Assembly: GCA_963749915.1 (NCBI GenBank)
Contig: CAVVOP010000022.1
Coordinates: forward strand, 352,001 to 416,000
Length of the DNA: 64,000 nt
Reading direction: 5' to 3'
Origin: an uncultured cyanobacterium
GTDB lineage: Bacteria > Cyanobacteriota > Cyanobacteriia > Cyanobacteriales > Cyanobacteriaceae
The position numbers were made by a program, and so were the translations under genes. A model generated the notes under the pieces. The model made no database searches and was not told the DNA's origin. It saw only the letters and a program-made list of their open reading frames with translations. Shown here in pieces: positions 32,967-42,397 of the stretch. How positions within the stretch are numbered: position 1 is the stretch's first letter; every line of letters begins with the position of its first letter.

Positions 32967-33794
32967 TTAAAAGGCGATCGCAAAATCTGTCAAGACTTTC
33001 TCATAAAAATGTTTTTGCTCTTTACTAAGAACTTTTTTTTGCCAATTTCTCACACTAGTAGATTGGATCGTAAGCAGCCGGTTTTCTAACTCTGGCGAAG
33101 GCGACAAAGCAAGGAAATCGAGAATTTCATAGATTTTCTGTTGTGGAGCTTGACAGATTTCCTCGTAGTTAACTTCAAGATATCTTTGCGATGGGTGTGC
33201 TTTTCTGGTTGCCGTAACATAGACAGCCCAACGGAGAACGCCCCTCTTCCACAGACCTAAATGGGGCCATTGATCTTGATAGGCTTTAGGAAGAAGATCA
33301 AACCAAAATACTTCCACTTCTTCGTTTAGTTCCCGTGAAATCCAGCGATGTCCCAACATTGAGAAGGCAACATCACGACCATCTCTAACAATATGAATTA
33401 TACTTGCATCAGAAAAATAGCCTAACAAAGAATCTGCTATCAAGCTATGTCCTGGAGTTTTCTCAAGCAATCTTTGTTCTTTTCTCACGCCACTTAGTCT
33501 CACCAAGGTTGTTTCTAAATCGAGCAATTCATGTGGAATAGTGTCTGGGGACTTAACCATCCTCCACATTTTATGGCGAACAATGGGTTTTTCCCCAAAG
33601 TCAACAGTTTCAGGCAACGACGCGAGGATATTCACTAGCATCGTTGTTCCGGAGCGACTACTGCCAACAACAAAAATTGGTTGCTTTAGCTTGGTCCGAA
33701 TAGGCCAAGGTATATTTTTTCGTAAATGAGACTTTAGCAGTGATTTCTGCAAGCCAAAACTCAATCCCTGTAATTCTTGTAATACATTCAGCAT
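32967..33794 (-). CDS. Sulfotransferase (family 3-like)
   Basis: GSSRSGTT, EKTP, IVRDGRDVAFS, YEE. Confidence 0.9.
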   Translation of the reverse strand: MLNVLQELQGLSFGLQKSLLKSHLRKNIPWPIRTKLKQPIFVVGSSRSGTTMLVNILASLPETVDFGEKPIVRHKMWRMVKSPDTIPHELLDLETTLVRLSGVRKEQRLLEKTPGHSLIADSLLGYFSDASIIHIVRDGRDVAFSMLGHRWISRELNEEVEVFWFDLLPKAYQDQWPHLGLWKRGVLRWAVYVTATRKAHPSQRYLEVNYEEICQAPQQKIYEILDFLALSPSPELENRLLTIQSTSVRNWQKKVLSKEQKHFYEKVLTDFAIAF

Positions 33795-33842
33795 AATTTC
33801 TAAGTTTCTTGTCTGATTTTTCCCTGGATTTATGTGGACTAT

Positions 33843-33884
33843 AAATTAATGTCAATTAACTACTTCCTGCGTAACATCAGTTAC
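33843..33884 (-). promoter_or_regulatory. NtcA class II promoter consensus (GTA-N8-TAC-N22-TAN3T)
   Basis: Minus strand GTAACTGATGTTAC (33884-33871), 22 nt, then TAATTT (33848-33843), 49 nt upstream of ATG 33794. Confidence 0.6.
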
Positions 33885-33896
33885 ATAATAGCAAAA

Positions 33897-34775
33897 TCAA
33901 TTATGCCTCAAAAGGCGATCGCGAATGTTTGAAGGAGCAAAATTCTTAACTGCGTAGTTGTAAACTTCCAGATCCGGCTCACAAATTTCTTCAATTTTTT
34001 TCTTCATCGATTCAGTAATATCTACTTGGACTTTGTCATTCTTGGGACGTTGATTGAGGTAACTTATGCTCAATCGTCTGCCAAAATGTTGACTAAACTC
34101 AGATTCAAAAGCCTCCATGTCTTCTAAGAAGCCAACTATGCGAAACCTGTGTAAGTTTTCTTTGGCAGTATCAACAACTTCTGAAGTCATGAAGTCGCCT
34201 TTCTCTGCTGGGCATCCCAAAAATTTGGCATATTCATATCCTTGGGATTTACCAAAATCAGACTCTACATACTCTTCAAAATCCATATCTAATCGGCGAT
34301 ATTGTTCAGGGTTTCTATATCTATTGAAAAGATAGCTTGACAACCATCGCTTGACTGGATTGCGCAAAATTGTTAAGTAGGAATACCTATCACCAAAACT
34401 TTTATAGGCCCTTTCACTAAATCTAAAATGACCACCGATGTAAGCGATATGTTCTTGAGACATGTAGTAAATAAGCAGTTCTTCACGAAGATTCATAACT
34501 GCCTGATCGTCCACTGTATCCGGAGGCAATGTTAAATCATTCAGGACTTGTGCCGTTTCCCAGGATGCGGGATGATTAAGGGAAAAGAAATTGGCAGTAT
34601 CCCCTAATGTCCACTTGTGGTAGCAAGCTTGAAGTGCCTTATTTATCGAAGTCCCACCACACTTTGGAATATGAAGGTAGAATATTCTGTCCTTTAGACA
34701 CCCACGAAAAAGATTGGCTGTTCGTTCTAAGGATAAGGAAGAAAAAAAAGAAAGTTTTTCAGAAATATTATTCAT
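33897..34775 (-). CDS. Sulfotransferase family 2 protein
   Basis: LHIPKCGGTS, GHF, LRNPVKRWLS, D..VY. Confidence 0.88.
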   Translation of the reverse strand: MNNISEKLSFFSSLSLERTANLFRGCLKDRIFYLHIPKCGGTSINKALQACYHKWTLGDTANFFSLNHPASWETAQVLNDLTLPPDTVDDQAVMNLREELLIYYMSQEHIAYIGGHFRFSERAYKSFGDRYSYLTILRNPVKRWLSSYLFNRYRNPEQYRRLDMDFEEYVESDFGKSQGYEYAKFLGCPAEKGDFMTSEVVDTAKENLHRFRIVGFLEDMEAFESEFSQHFGRRLSISYLNQRPKNDKVQVDITESMKKKIEEICEPDLEVYNYAVKNFAPSNIRDRLLRHN

Positions 34776-34795
34776 GGTGATTAATAGTAGTAATC

Positions 34796-35863
34796 TTAGA
34801 CATAAATTGTATTATAAACCCTAAAAGTTTGTTCGGCTATTCCTGACCATGCTAGTTTTTGGGCCAATTGTAGGTTATGCTCACCCATTTGTAATAACTC
34901 ATGTTTCTGAGTAACGGCCTTTTTTATAGCTTCCCCTAAGCCTTCTTGATTCTCCCCATCGTATAAAAATGACCCCATATCATCCAGCAGTTCGCCAATA
35001 CAGCCCTTACGGGGTGCAATACAAGCTTTAGCAAATGACATGGCCAAAATAATTGCCCCTGAAGTCAAAATATCTCGATATGGGAAGATAACTGCATCAC
35101 AGGCATTCATATAAATTTGAATTTGTTCATCAGGAATAAAATCGGGTATAAATTCAATATTTTTGGCCCCAGATATTTGTTTCTTGATGGAATTTTTCAT
35201 GGCCTCATCTACAGGTTTACCAGCTATGATCAATTGAGTCTCTGGTATATTTAGATCGGTAAATGATTCAATTAACTCAAAGACTCCCTTGTAAGGACGA
35301 ACCTTGCCCAAAAAAAGTATCACCAGCTTGTCATTATCAACCTTTAAACGGTGCCTTGCCTGTAAACGGTCTATCTTATTTTCATAGCAATCAAGATAAT
35401 GACCGTGGGGGATCACAAAAACTTTATCTTTGCTATTACGAAGACCTAGATTTTCAATAACGGCATCTTTTGCCACCTCACAGTGGGCGATAATACCATC
35501 GGCGAGTTTAGCAACTATCAAGTTACACATCTTATCTAGCTTGGGGTACGGGTTCTCATGATCTTTTAAGTTGTGAACAGTCCAAACAATTTTAATTGCG
35601 AATAACTTCAGAGTAACTAACTTTAGAACAAACAAAATTAGAGCCAGAAAAGATTTAAAACCATTATCTTTAATAAAAAAGAATGAAGGCCAATGAATAT
35701 GCAGGATGTCAGGTTTATGTTTGCTTATTAAGTGGTAAAGGTCAGCGTTGCTAAAATCAGTTCCCTCAACTTCACATCCCCATGGCTGTAAATTATCGGC
35801 TAATTGTCTTTGATAAGGATTGCGAGCAAATTGAGGGGTGAAAAAAACTCTTAAGCTACTCAT
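34796..35863 (-). CDS. GT4-family glycosyltransferase
   Basis: NPYQ, HIHWP, WTVHN, PHG.Y, RPYKG, TSGA..LAMSF. Confidence 0.9.
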   Translation of the reverse strand: MSSLRVFFTPQFARNPYQRQLADNLQPWGCEVEGTDFSNADLYHLISKHKPDILHIHWPSFFFIKDNGFKSFLALILFVLKLVTLKLFAIKIVWTVHNLKDHENPYPKLDKMCNLIVAKLADGIIAHCEVAKDAVIENLGLRNSKDKVFVIPHGHYLDCYENKIDRLQARHRLKVDNDKLVILFLGKVRPYKGVFELIESFTDLNIPETQLIIAGKPVDEAMKNSIKKQISGAKNIEFIPDFIPDEQIQIYMNACDAVIFPYRDILTSGAIILAMSFAKACIAPRKGCIGELLDDMGSFLYDGENQEGLGEAIKKAVTQKHELLQMGEHNLQLAQKLAWSGIAEQTFRVYNTIYV

Positions 35864-36744
35864 GGTGTCACCTCATTGACTAATTCACTGGGTAAATCCA
35901 CTAATTTGTCTAGTGTCTGCCAATCAAACTCTGCCAGCCTTTCAGTGATATATTCCCTCTGACTAGCACCAAAAACTTTTTGAAACTTACCATGGTTCCT
36001 ACTTTGAATTCCACTGTCCACAGATGCCTTCCAATACTCATTTTTTAAGCTGACTTGTTTGGCTGTTGTGCCATATTTTTCCAACATTTGCTCTTCAAAG
36101 GGAACACCTATGAAATGGCCAAGATCTTTAATTACCGAATTGGTGTAATTTACTAAATGCTCATATCTCACTAACTTGTGATTGGATTTATGACCATGGC
36201 TAAGGCTAATTTCTGCATCTTCTTTCCACCGATTTATACACTCATCAATATCCCGCGGGCCACCCCATAGTGATGGATGTTGCTGAGTTACCTCATACAT
36301 AGAAGCCACCACATCTTCCCCCCTGCGGATAATGTGGATGAACTTTGCTTCTGGTAAGTATGTCTCAATACAATTAATATGGTGTAAATGTCTCGGTGTT
36401 TTTTCCAGCCAGAAATATTTTCCTTGCTGGGTAGTTAAGGTATCAAGGATTTTCACAAAGGCACGCACATAGGGAGCCTTGAAAAATGCCAGTTTAGGGA
36501 TGTGATGCTGCATTTGTTCCTGTTCTAGTTCCTGAAGAAATTCTACCAGCCTTATTCTCGCTTCACCAGAAACCAGTCCTAGTTTACGTCGCCAGGGACT
36601 TCGATTAGCAGTTAAGTGCCAAAAGAAATGAGACTCGGGGAAAGAGGCAATTTGAGAGTGCGCTGCTAGGATACTCTGTAATAATGTTGTTCCAGAGCGA
36701 GGACAACCTACAAGGAAGATGGCATTATTTGTCAAAACTGTCAT
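35860..36744 (-). CDS. Sulfotransferase (family 3-like)
   Basis: GCPRSGTT, PESHFF, EKTP, IIR.G.DVVAS, RYE.L. Confidence 0.92.
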   Translation of the reverse strand: MTVLTNNAIFLVGCPRSGTTLLQSILAAHSQIASFPESHFFWHLTANRSPWRRKLGLVSGEARIRLVEFLQELEQEQMQHHIPKLAFFKAPYVRAFVKILDTLTTQQGKYFWLEKTPRHLHHINCIETYLPEAKFIHIIRRGEDVVASMYEVTQQHPSLWGGPRDIDECINRWKEDAEISLSHGHKSNHKLVRYEHLVNYTNSVIKDLGHFIGVPFEEQMLEKYGTTAKQVSLKNEYWKASVDSGIQSRNHGKFQKVFGASQREYITERLAEFDWQTLDKLVDLPSELVNEVTP

Positions 36745-37681
36745 GCTTAACTCCTAGACTAAGATAACCTAATTTGTCCAATAAATCCCCCGCTTCCAGC
36801 TCAATTTCCCGCAGTTGTCCATCGGACAATTCTCTTTTCCAATTCCCCACTGAATTTGGATTAACCTTGGCTACAGCTTGATGAAATAAGTTGCCTGAAT
36901 TGGCATTGTCGATTTCCAAAAAAGCTAGTAAGCGATCAGCTTCACCGGCAGGATTACTGACTAAATCTTCATATTTCACTTCACAATACCTATTCCCAGG
37001 CAATGCCGATGTACTTTCTAAGGCACTTTCAGTAAAACGCCGCCATGCCCAGATACAGCGATGAATATCACTGGTTGTTTCAAACTTTTCAACTAAATCA
37101 GACTCCACCCAAAAGCGGGCATAGGGGCCGTAAGGATAGCCACCCGGTTCAGCTTTGCCTGATTTAGCTTGTGCCGCCTGTAACCACGGCTTCTTGCTAT
37201 AGGACAAGGCAGCATCTCTGCCATCCCTAATAATATGAATAAACTGGGAATCAGGAAAGGATTGAGATAAAAAGTTGACTAAAAAGCAATTGCGTGGTGT
37301 TTTTTCGGCAAACCGTAAGTCCCCATCTAAATGCTGTCTTAATAGCCAAGAATAAATTGTTTCATATACGCGTTTACTTTTATCTAGATCCCACAATCCT
37401 TCATAAACGTGTCGGGCAGCAAACTTTGTCCCCACCGGCTCAAAGTGATAGGAAACTTCTGGTAAAACTGATAAGCATGAACCTAGAAAAGTAGTACCAG
37501 AACGGGGTGCACCGATGATAAAAATTGCCTTGCGAAGATTCGGTTTCAACAGACAAAGTAATCGCTTGGCCGAGATTGGTCGCTCCTTTTTTTTGTAGGT
37601 GTGTTTATCAGCTTTTGCTGATCTAAGTACCAAATTAAAAGACTCGACGAGATCAAATGAACTTTTTAGTTGAGTTGGCAT
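36725..37681 (-). CDS. Sulfotransferase (family 3-like)
   Basis: GAPRSGTT, EKTP, IIRDGRDAALS, KYEDL. Confidence 0.92.
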   Translation of the reverse strand: MPTQLKSSFDLVESFNLVLRSAKADKHTYKKKERPISAKRLLCLLKPNLRKAIFIIGAPRSGTTFLGSCLSVLPEVSYHFEPVGTKFAARHVYEGLWDLDKSKRVYETIYSWLLRQHLDGDLRFAEKTPRNCFLVNFLSQSFPDSQFIHIIRDGRDAALSYSKKPWLQAAQAKSGKAEPGGYPYGPYARFWVESDLVEKFETTSDIHRCIWAWRRFTESALESTSALPGNRYCEVKYEDLVSNPAGEADRLLAFLEIDNANSGNLFHQAVAKVNPNSVGNWKRELSDGQLREIELEAGDLLDKLGYLSLGVKHDSFDK

Positions 37682-37731
37682 AATATTACTTTTAGATAAA
37701 CCTTTAAATTCTTATCCTTGTAGTATGAATA

Positions 37732-38415
37732 TTAAAATTCATAGCCATATTTTGTAAGCTCTTCACGGAAGACATACTCGACAATTTTTCTGGATTTTTC
37801 GCTATAGTACTGGCGATAGGAAAATTGCTTTTCAGCTGTTTTATTAAACACCGGAATTGATACCTTTTTACTAATACCAATACGATCCTGTATAGCTTGA
37901 AAATCACTTTGAAGATTCTCAAACTTCATAATAGCATCAACTCCTTTTGTATACTTGCCATAAATTGTTTTTCTGCCACCACCTAAAATACGCTCCTTGT
38001 AACCGGGCTTATATTTTTGAATAACCCATTCATCGAAGGAATGATTTGTACAAAACTCCATATCCTTAACATAGTTCGGAAGTTTATAAACCCATGAGTT
38101 GGGTTCTGATAATAGGGGTTGATAGGTTTGCCTCAACTTTATATATAAAGAAACAAGACTATCGAAGGGATTCCTCACGGTCACAAATTTAAATAGGGAG
38201 TCAGCCTTACTGGGACTCAAAACATTACCACTAAGCAATTTTTCTAAAGTAGTATGTTTCTGTGGAATTCGCTTTTCAGGAATGTCATCATTGATAGTTT
38301 CCTCTGGCAACCATTCACCATTCAACTCTTCCAGTAAAACTTTTCCTGTAGCAGTACACGCAGTTCTCGGTGCCATGATAAATAATAAATTATATGAATG
38401 ACAAATTATAGCCAT
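37732..38415 (-). CDS. Sulfotransferase family 2 protein
   Basis: FIMAPRTACT, VRNPFDSLVSLY, FENL..DF, YRQYY, YGYEF. Confidence 0.82.
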   Translation of the reverse strand: MAIICHSYNLLFIMAPRTACTATGKVLLEELNGEWLPEETINDDIPEKRIPQKHTTLEKLLSGNVLSPSKADSLFKFVTVRNPFDSLVSLYIKLRQTYQPLLSEPNSWVYKLPNYVKDMEFCTNHSFDEWVIQKYKPGYKERILGGGRKTIYGKYTKGVDAIMKFENLQSDFQAIQDRIGISKKVSIPVFNKTAEKQFSYRQYYSEKSRKIVEYVFREELTKYGYEF

Positions 38416-38502
38416 GTAAAATCATACTCCATTTATTTTTTTGTTTTTGGTACTCAAAAATATTTGAACCATCTTTACATTCTAAGTATTCTTCCTTAAA
38501 TG

Positions 38503-38595
38503 TAGATTTTTTTTGGAAAAAAAACTCGTTTTTTTTGGTATTTAATACAATCTTCACAAATGCCCAAACTTGACAAAATCTTTATATAAAGATTT
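38503..38595 (-). promoter_or_regulatory. Conserved ~100-bp upstream element, copy 2
   Basis: AATCTTCACAAATGCCCAAACTTGACAAAATCTTTATATAAA vs copy 1 AATCTTTACAAATGCCTAAACTTGACAGAATGCTTATATAAA. Confidence 0.6.
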
Positions 38596-38626
38596 TGTGA
38601 TATTTAACGAAGAACAGAAAATCTTC

Positions 38627-41600
38627 CTATTCTGTGTAAGTATTCGTCAAGAACGCCTCAATGCCAGCAAAGTTAACAGGAAGACCTGCTACCGTTGTTA
38701 AGTCAAGGTCCAGTGCCCCGTCCGTTACAGTAACGCCATTTAATGTAGCAGTTACCGCCGTTTTAGGTGCCGCATTAGCTCCTAACGCCACATACATGTC
38801 AAAATCGTCTAGTTTAAGCTCATTTTCAGCAAACACATCAAAAACACGGGTACCAACTTCCGCCGTGCTTCTTGGTTCCATCATGTGGAGAACCACATCA
38901 TAGGTGCCATTGACTAAGGGAATGTCGTAGGAAATATTTGTGCCATAACGCTTAGCGTAGAAGAGCTCATCATTATCTGTGTTGGCAATCCCTTGAACTT
39001 GATAATGGGTTGTGCCACCCTGGAAGCCATAGTCAGCAGACCAGACATTGCCATAAATATCCGTAAAGCCGTTCCCACCAACATCAATGCGAATTGTGCT
39101 ATCCCCTAGAGGAGCCGAACTCACCATCACTTCCACTTCAGATGTATCTGTGTCACCATTGATGTCGGTGAGGGTGTAGGAGAAGGTGTCTGTACCACTA
39201 AAATCCTGGGCAGGAGTGTAGCGAATAACATCATCAGTGGGATCGGTTGTGTCCCGGTCATCAATGGTGATATTACCACCATTATTGCTGGTGGTATTTG
39301 CACTCAACAATGCTAAACCATCACCAAAGCTAGTGTCGTTAGCCAGTACATCAATCTGATTACTGTTACTATTGTCAATAACCGTAACACTGTCTGAAAT
39401 TGCCGTCGGCATTGAATCAACCGAGAAAATTTCAATGCCTGCAAAGTTGACAGGGCGGCCTGCAACTTTAGAGAAGTCAAGGTCAAGAACACCATCAACG
39501 ACTGCTACATTGGAAATAATAGTGGTTACTGCTGTTTTCGGAGCCGCTTGAGTATTTAGGGCCACATACATATCAAAGTCATCCAGTCGCAGCTCATTTT
39601 CAGCATAGACATCGAAAACACGACTACCAACGATGGCACCGACATTTGGCTCCATCATGTGTAGAACTACGTTGTAGATGCCATTGCTCAAGTCAATATC
39701 ATAGGAGATATTGTCCCCATAGCGCCTCCCATAAAAGATTTCATCGTTGTTTGTATTAGCAATTTCTTGAACTCGGTAATAAGTTTCACCACCCTGAAAA
39801 CCATAATCCGCCGCCCACACATCGCCGTTGACTCCCGTAAAGCCGTTACCACCAACGTCAATGCGAATCGGGGGATGGACACTATTAAGGGTTATTAACC
39901 CACCATCTGAGGCAGTTATCTCCGAAGGAGCCAAGGTACCGACAGTATTATCCAGGCTGCCCGGGGCAATAATAGTACCGACATTTTTATAAAAGAGCTG
40001 GGAATCTTGATAGAAGAGCTCAAAATCTGACGAGGTAATCAAATTTTCCACGGGGGTGTTTGTTTGATAGCTCCAGGTTTCTCTGGGGGATAATAGACCA
40101 TCACCACCAACGTCGCTGGTGACATCCAAGTCGGGATTTCCCGAGCCATAGTCGGTGACAGTCACATCATTTGTATTGAAGTTTGTAGTACCATTATTGG
40201 TAACCTCATAGGTCCAGATTACTATTTCTCCAGGTCTCACTTGAACAGCGGCATCCCGATTATTCGTCTCGACTCCATTAACCAAAGTTTTGAGGTTTAG
40301 TACAGCAACGCTAATGGGGAAAGGACGTTCTGCCCCCAGTTCATAGGCTCCAATGTCTGGAGCTTCTCCTAGGAATGGTAAGCCGACTTCTGCACCGCGA
40401 TCAACCATCAGACTATCCGCCGTTGCTGGTGCGTAAAATGGCCAGGGGCGATCGCCATTTCCCCTGAATCCAGGTTCTACATCAAGATAATTTCCCCCCG
40501 GTACGTTAGTTACGTTAACAACAATATTATCTGTCGCCGTAATCTTATCACCCATACTAGTCCAAAATAAATTTCTAGGTTGGCTCTGTGGGGCAATAAA
40601 GATATTATTTCGAGCAACCCAATTATTGAGACTATCCCGGTTAGGGGCACTCAAGATGGCTCCTGGTCGGCTACCAGTATCGGCCAAAGTCACCGTATTA
40701 TTATAAACAGAAATCTCTTCAGCAAGTCCCCGGCCGATCCAAACCAGACCCCTATCGACATTCTCAATGACATTATGGTGGAGCCAAACAGGTCCGTTGT
40801 TAATTCCCCCATGCTGAGTGTAGACATTTCCCCCCGTTTCGTCAATGTGAACATAGTTATGGCTGAATCGCAGATGGTTTCTTGGCCCCTCAATAGTGTG
40901 GCTATCTGTTAAGAGATTATCATGAATCCAGAATGAGTAGTCATAACCTCTTTTACTGGGATCTGCTCCCTGTCCAACCTTAGGAATTGAGATGGTTTGA
41001 TTGATAAAGTTGTGGTCAATTTCGACACCATACTCGTTCTCATGGGCTGATTCAATAGCGAATCCAAAAGGAAGGTTGAAGATGTTATGATGAATTCGCA
41101 CATTCTCGTGACCGCCGCCTTTATAGCCAAAACCAGCTCCTTTTGTCTTAACAATATTATTGTGGTGAATTTCAGAGTGTTCAATCCAACGGGTGGTAAT
41201 AAGGCCGTTATTGTAGCCAAAATTCTCATAACTGGCGTTTTCTATGGAGTTATTGTAAATATCTAGCCCACTCGATAACTGAAGATGCAAACCCGCCCAA
41301 CGAAAGTCTCTGACTGTTAGGTCGTGAATAGATATATCTTCTGATCCACTAACATGAACGGCTCCGGTAATCTGGTGCCGGGACTCAGAACTCAACACCA
41401 GATCGCGGATGATGATATTATTGGCATTGTCAATGGCGATCAGATATTCACTTCGAACATCACTTGCTTGAAGCGGGTTCTCCGATAATTGCCAGTCCGT
41501 TGAGGCAATGATCTGAGTCCTATTGTCTCCTTGACGACCCATACCAGCAATGGTGACACCACTTTTAGGGCGAGCTGTCTCTGTTGCCACAAAGGTTCCA

Positions 41601-42295
41601 GCCCCAAGCTGGATCGTGTTAACACCCTCAGGCACCCTTTCACTGGCATAGGCAAGGGAGTTCCAAGCTGTTTCCCAAGATAAGCCGTCTCTATCTTCTG
41701 AATCTACACCAGTGGTGGAAACAAAATAGGTTGTACCCACCTCACCCACATTCTGTTCAATTTGAATGCTTTGACCATCCAAGTTAATATTGGCTGAATC
41801 ATTTTCCACTGTGACCCTTTGCCATTCAGCTTCACTGAAGGATTCACCACGTGCCAGTGCGGAGAAAATCTCACCCTCATCACCAAAAGTGTCTGAACCA
41901 TTAAGCCAAGCATCGACTCGGTGACCAGCTTCCTCCAGAAGAAGTCCTGTAATTGTTTCCACATTGTTAGCATTTGCTACCAAAAATTCGGATGATAGAT
42001 AAATTGTGTCTGTCTCCTGTGCGTAGGCTCCGAGGGAACCTTGGAGATCAGCACCAGAGATTATCCTGATATTAGCAAAAACACTAAAATTCTCAGTTAA
42101 CCAGTCATTCCGAACCTCACTTACATCAATATTTTCACCAAATGCCAATTTCATTTTGGTGACAAATTCTATATCAGAAGCAAACAAAGTTAACTGTTCT
42201 TGTGCTTGCAATAGGGCCTGGTTTAGGGAAGGTAGAACTTCTTGGTCTGTACCGATGAGTAAGTTATTCTCTATAATACTCAAGAATTCACTCAT
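38627..42295 (-). CDS. 1222-aa modular protein: EExGH N-terminal domain, beta-helix, malectin, cadherin-like, malectin
   Basis: LLEEAGH..D...GDEG; TYFVS..G.D; xHHNx coils; APDIGAYE; IRIDVGG...GSRVFDV malectin x2; IDVLAND...YTP...GTDTFSYT. Confidence 0.82.
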   Translation of the reverse strand: MSEFLSIIENNLLIGTDQEVLPSLNQALLQAQEQLTLFASDIEFVTKMKLAFGENIDVSEVRNDWLTENFSVFANIRIISGADLQGSLGAYAQETDTIYLSSEFLVANANNVETITGLLLEEAGHRVDAWLNGSDTFGDEGEIFSALARGESFSEAEWQRVTVENDSANINLDGQSIQIEQNVGEVGTTYFVSTTGVDSEDRDGLSWETAWNSLAYASERVPEGVNTIQLGAGTFVATETARPKSGVTIAGMGRQGDNRTQIIASTDWQLSENPLQASDVRSEYLIAIDNANNIIIRDLVLSSESRHQITGAVHVSGSEDISIHDLTVRDFRWAGLHLQLSSGLDIYNNSIENASYENFGYNNGLITTRWIEHSEIHHNNIVKTKGAGFGYKGGGHENVRIHHNIFNLPFGFAIESAHENEYGVEIDHNFINQTISIPKVGQGADPSKRGYDYSFWIHDNLLTDSHTIEGPRNHLRFSHNYVHIDETGGNVYTQHGGINNGPVWLHHNVIENVDRGLVWIGRGLAEEISVYNNTVTLADTGSRPGAILSAPNRDSLNNWVARNNIFIAPQSQPRNLFWTSMGDKITATDNIVVNVTNVPGGNYLDVEPGFRGNGDRPWPFYAPATADSLMVDRGAEVGLPFLGEAPDIGAYELGAERPFPISVAVLNLKTLVNGVETNNRDAAVQVRPGEIVIWTYEVTNNGTTNFNTNDVTVTDYGSGNPDLDVTSDVGGDGLLSPRETWSYQTNTPVENLITSSDFELFYQDSQLFYKNVGTIIAPGSLDNTVGTLAPSEITASDGGLITLNSVHPPIRIDVGGNGFTGVNGDVWAADYGFQGGETYYRVQEIANTNNDEIFYGRRYGDNISYDIDLSNGIYNVVLHMMEPNVGAIVGSRVFDVYAENELRLDDFDMYVALNTQAAPKTAVTTIISNVAVVDGVLDLDFSKVAGRPVNFAGIEIFSVDSMPTAISDSVTVIDNSNSNQIDVLANDTSFGDGLALLSANTTSNNGGNITIDDRDTTDPTDDVIRYTPAQDFSGTDTFSYTLTDINGDTDTSEVEVMVSSAPLGDSTIRIDVGGNGFTDIYGNVWSADYGFQGGTTHYQVQGIANTDNDELFYAKRYGTNISYDIPLVNGTYDVVLHMMEPRSTAEVGTRVFDVFAENELKLDDFDMYVALGANAAPKTAVTATLNGVTVTDGALDLDLTTVAGLPVNFAGIEAFLTNTYTE

Positions 42296-42397
42296 AATAC
42301 TTATTTGTCCTTATCAATCACTATAGACTTTGAAATTCTTTCAATTATAACTTTCTTTCTCGTTGATGATTGATGTCAAGAAGAACAAAAAACCTTG

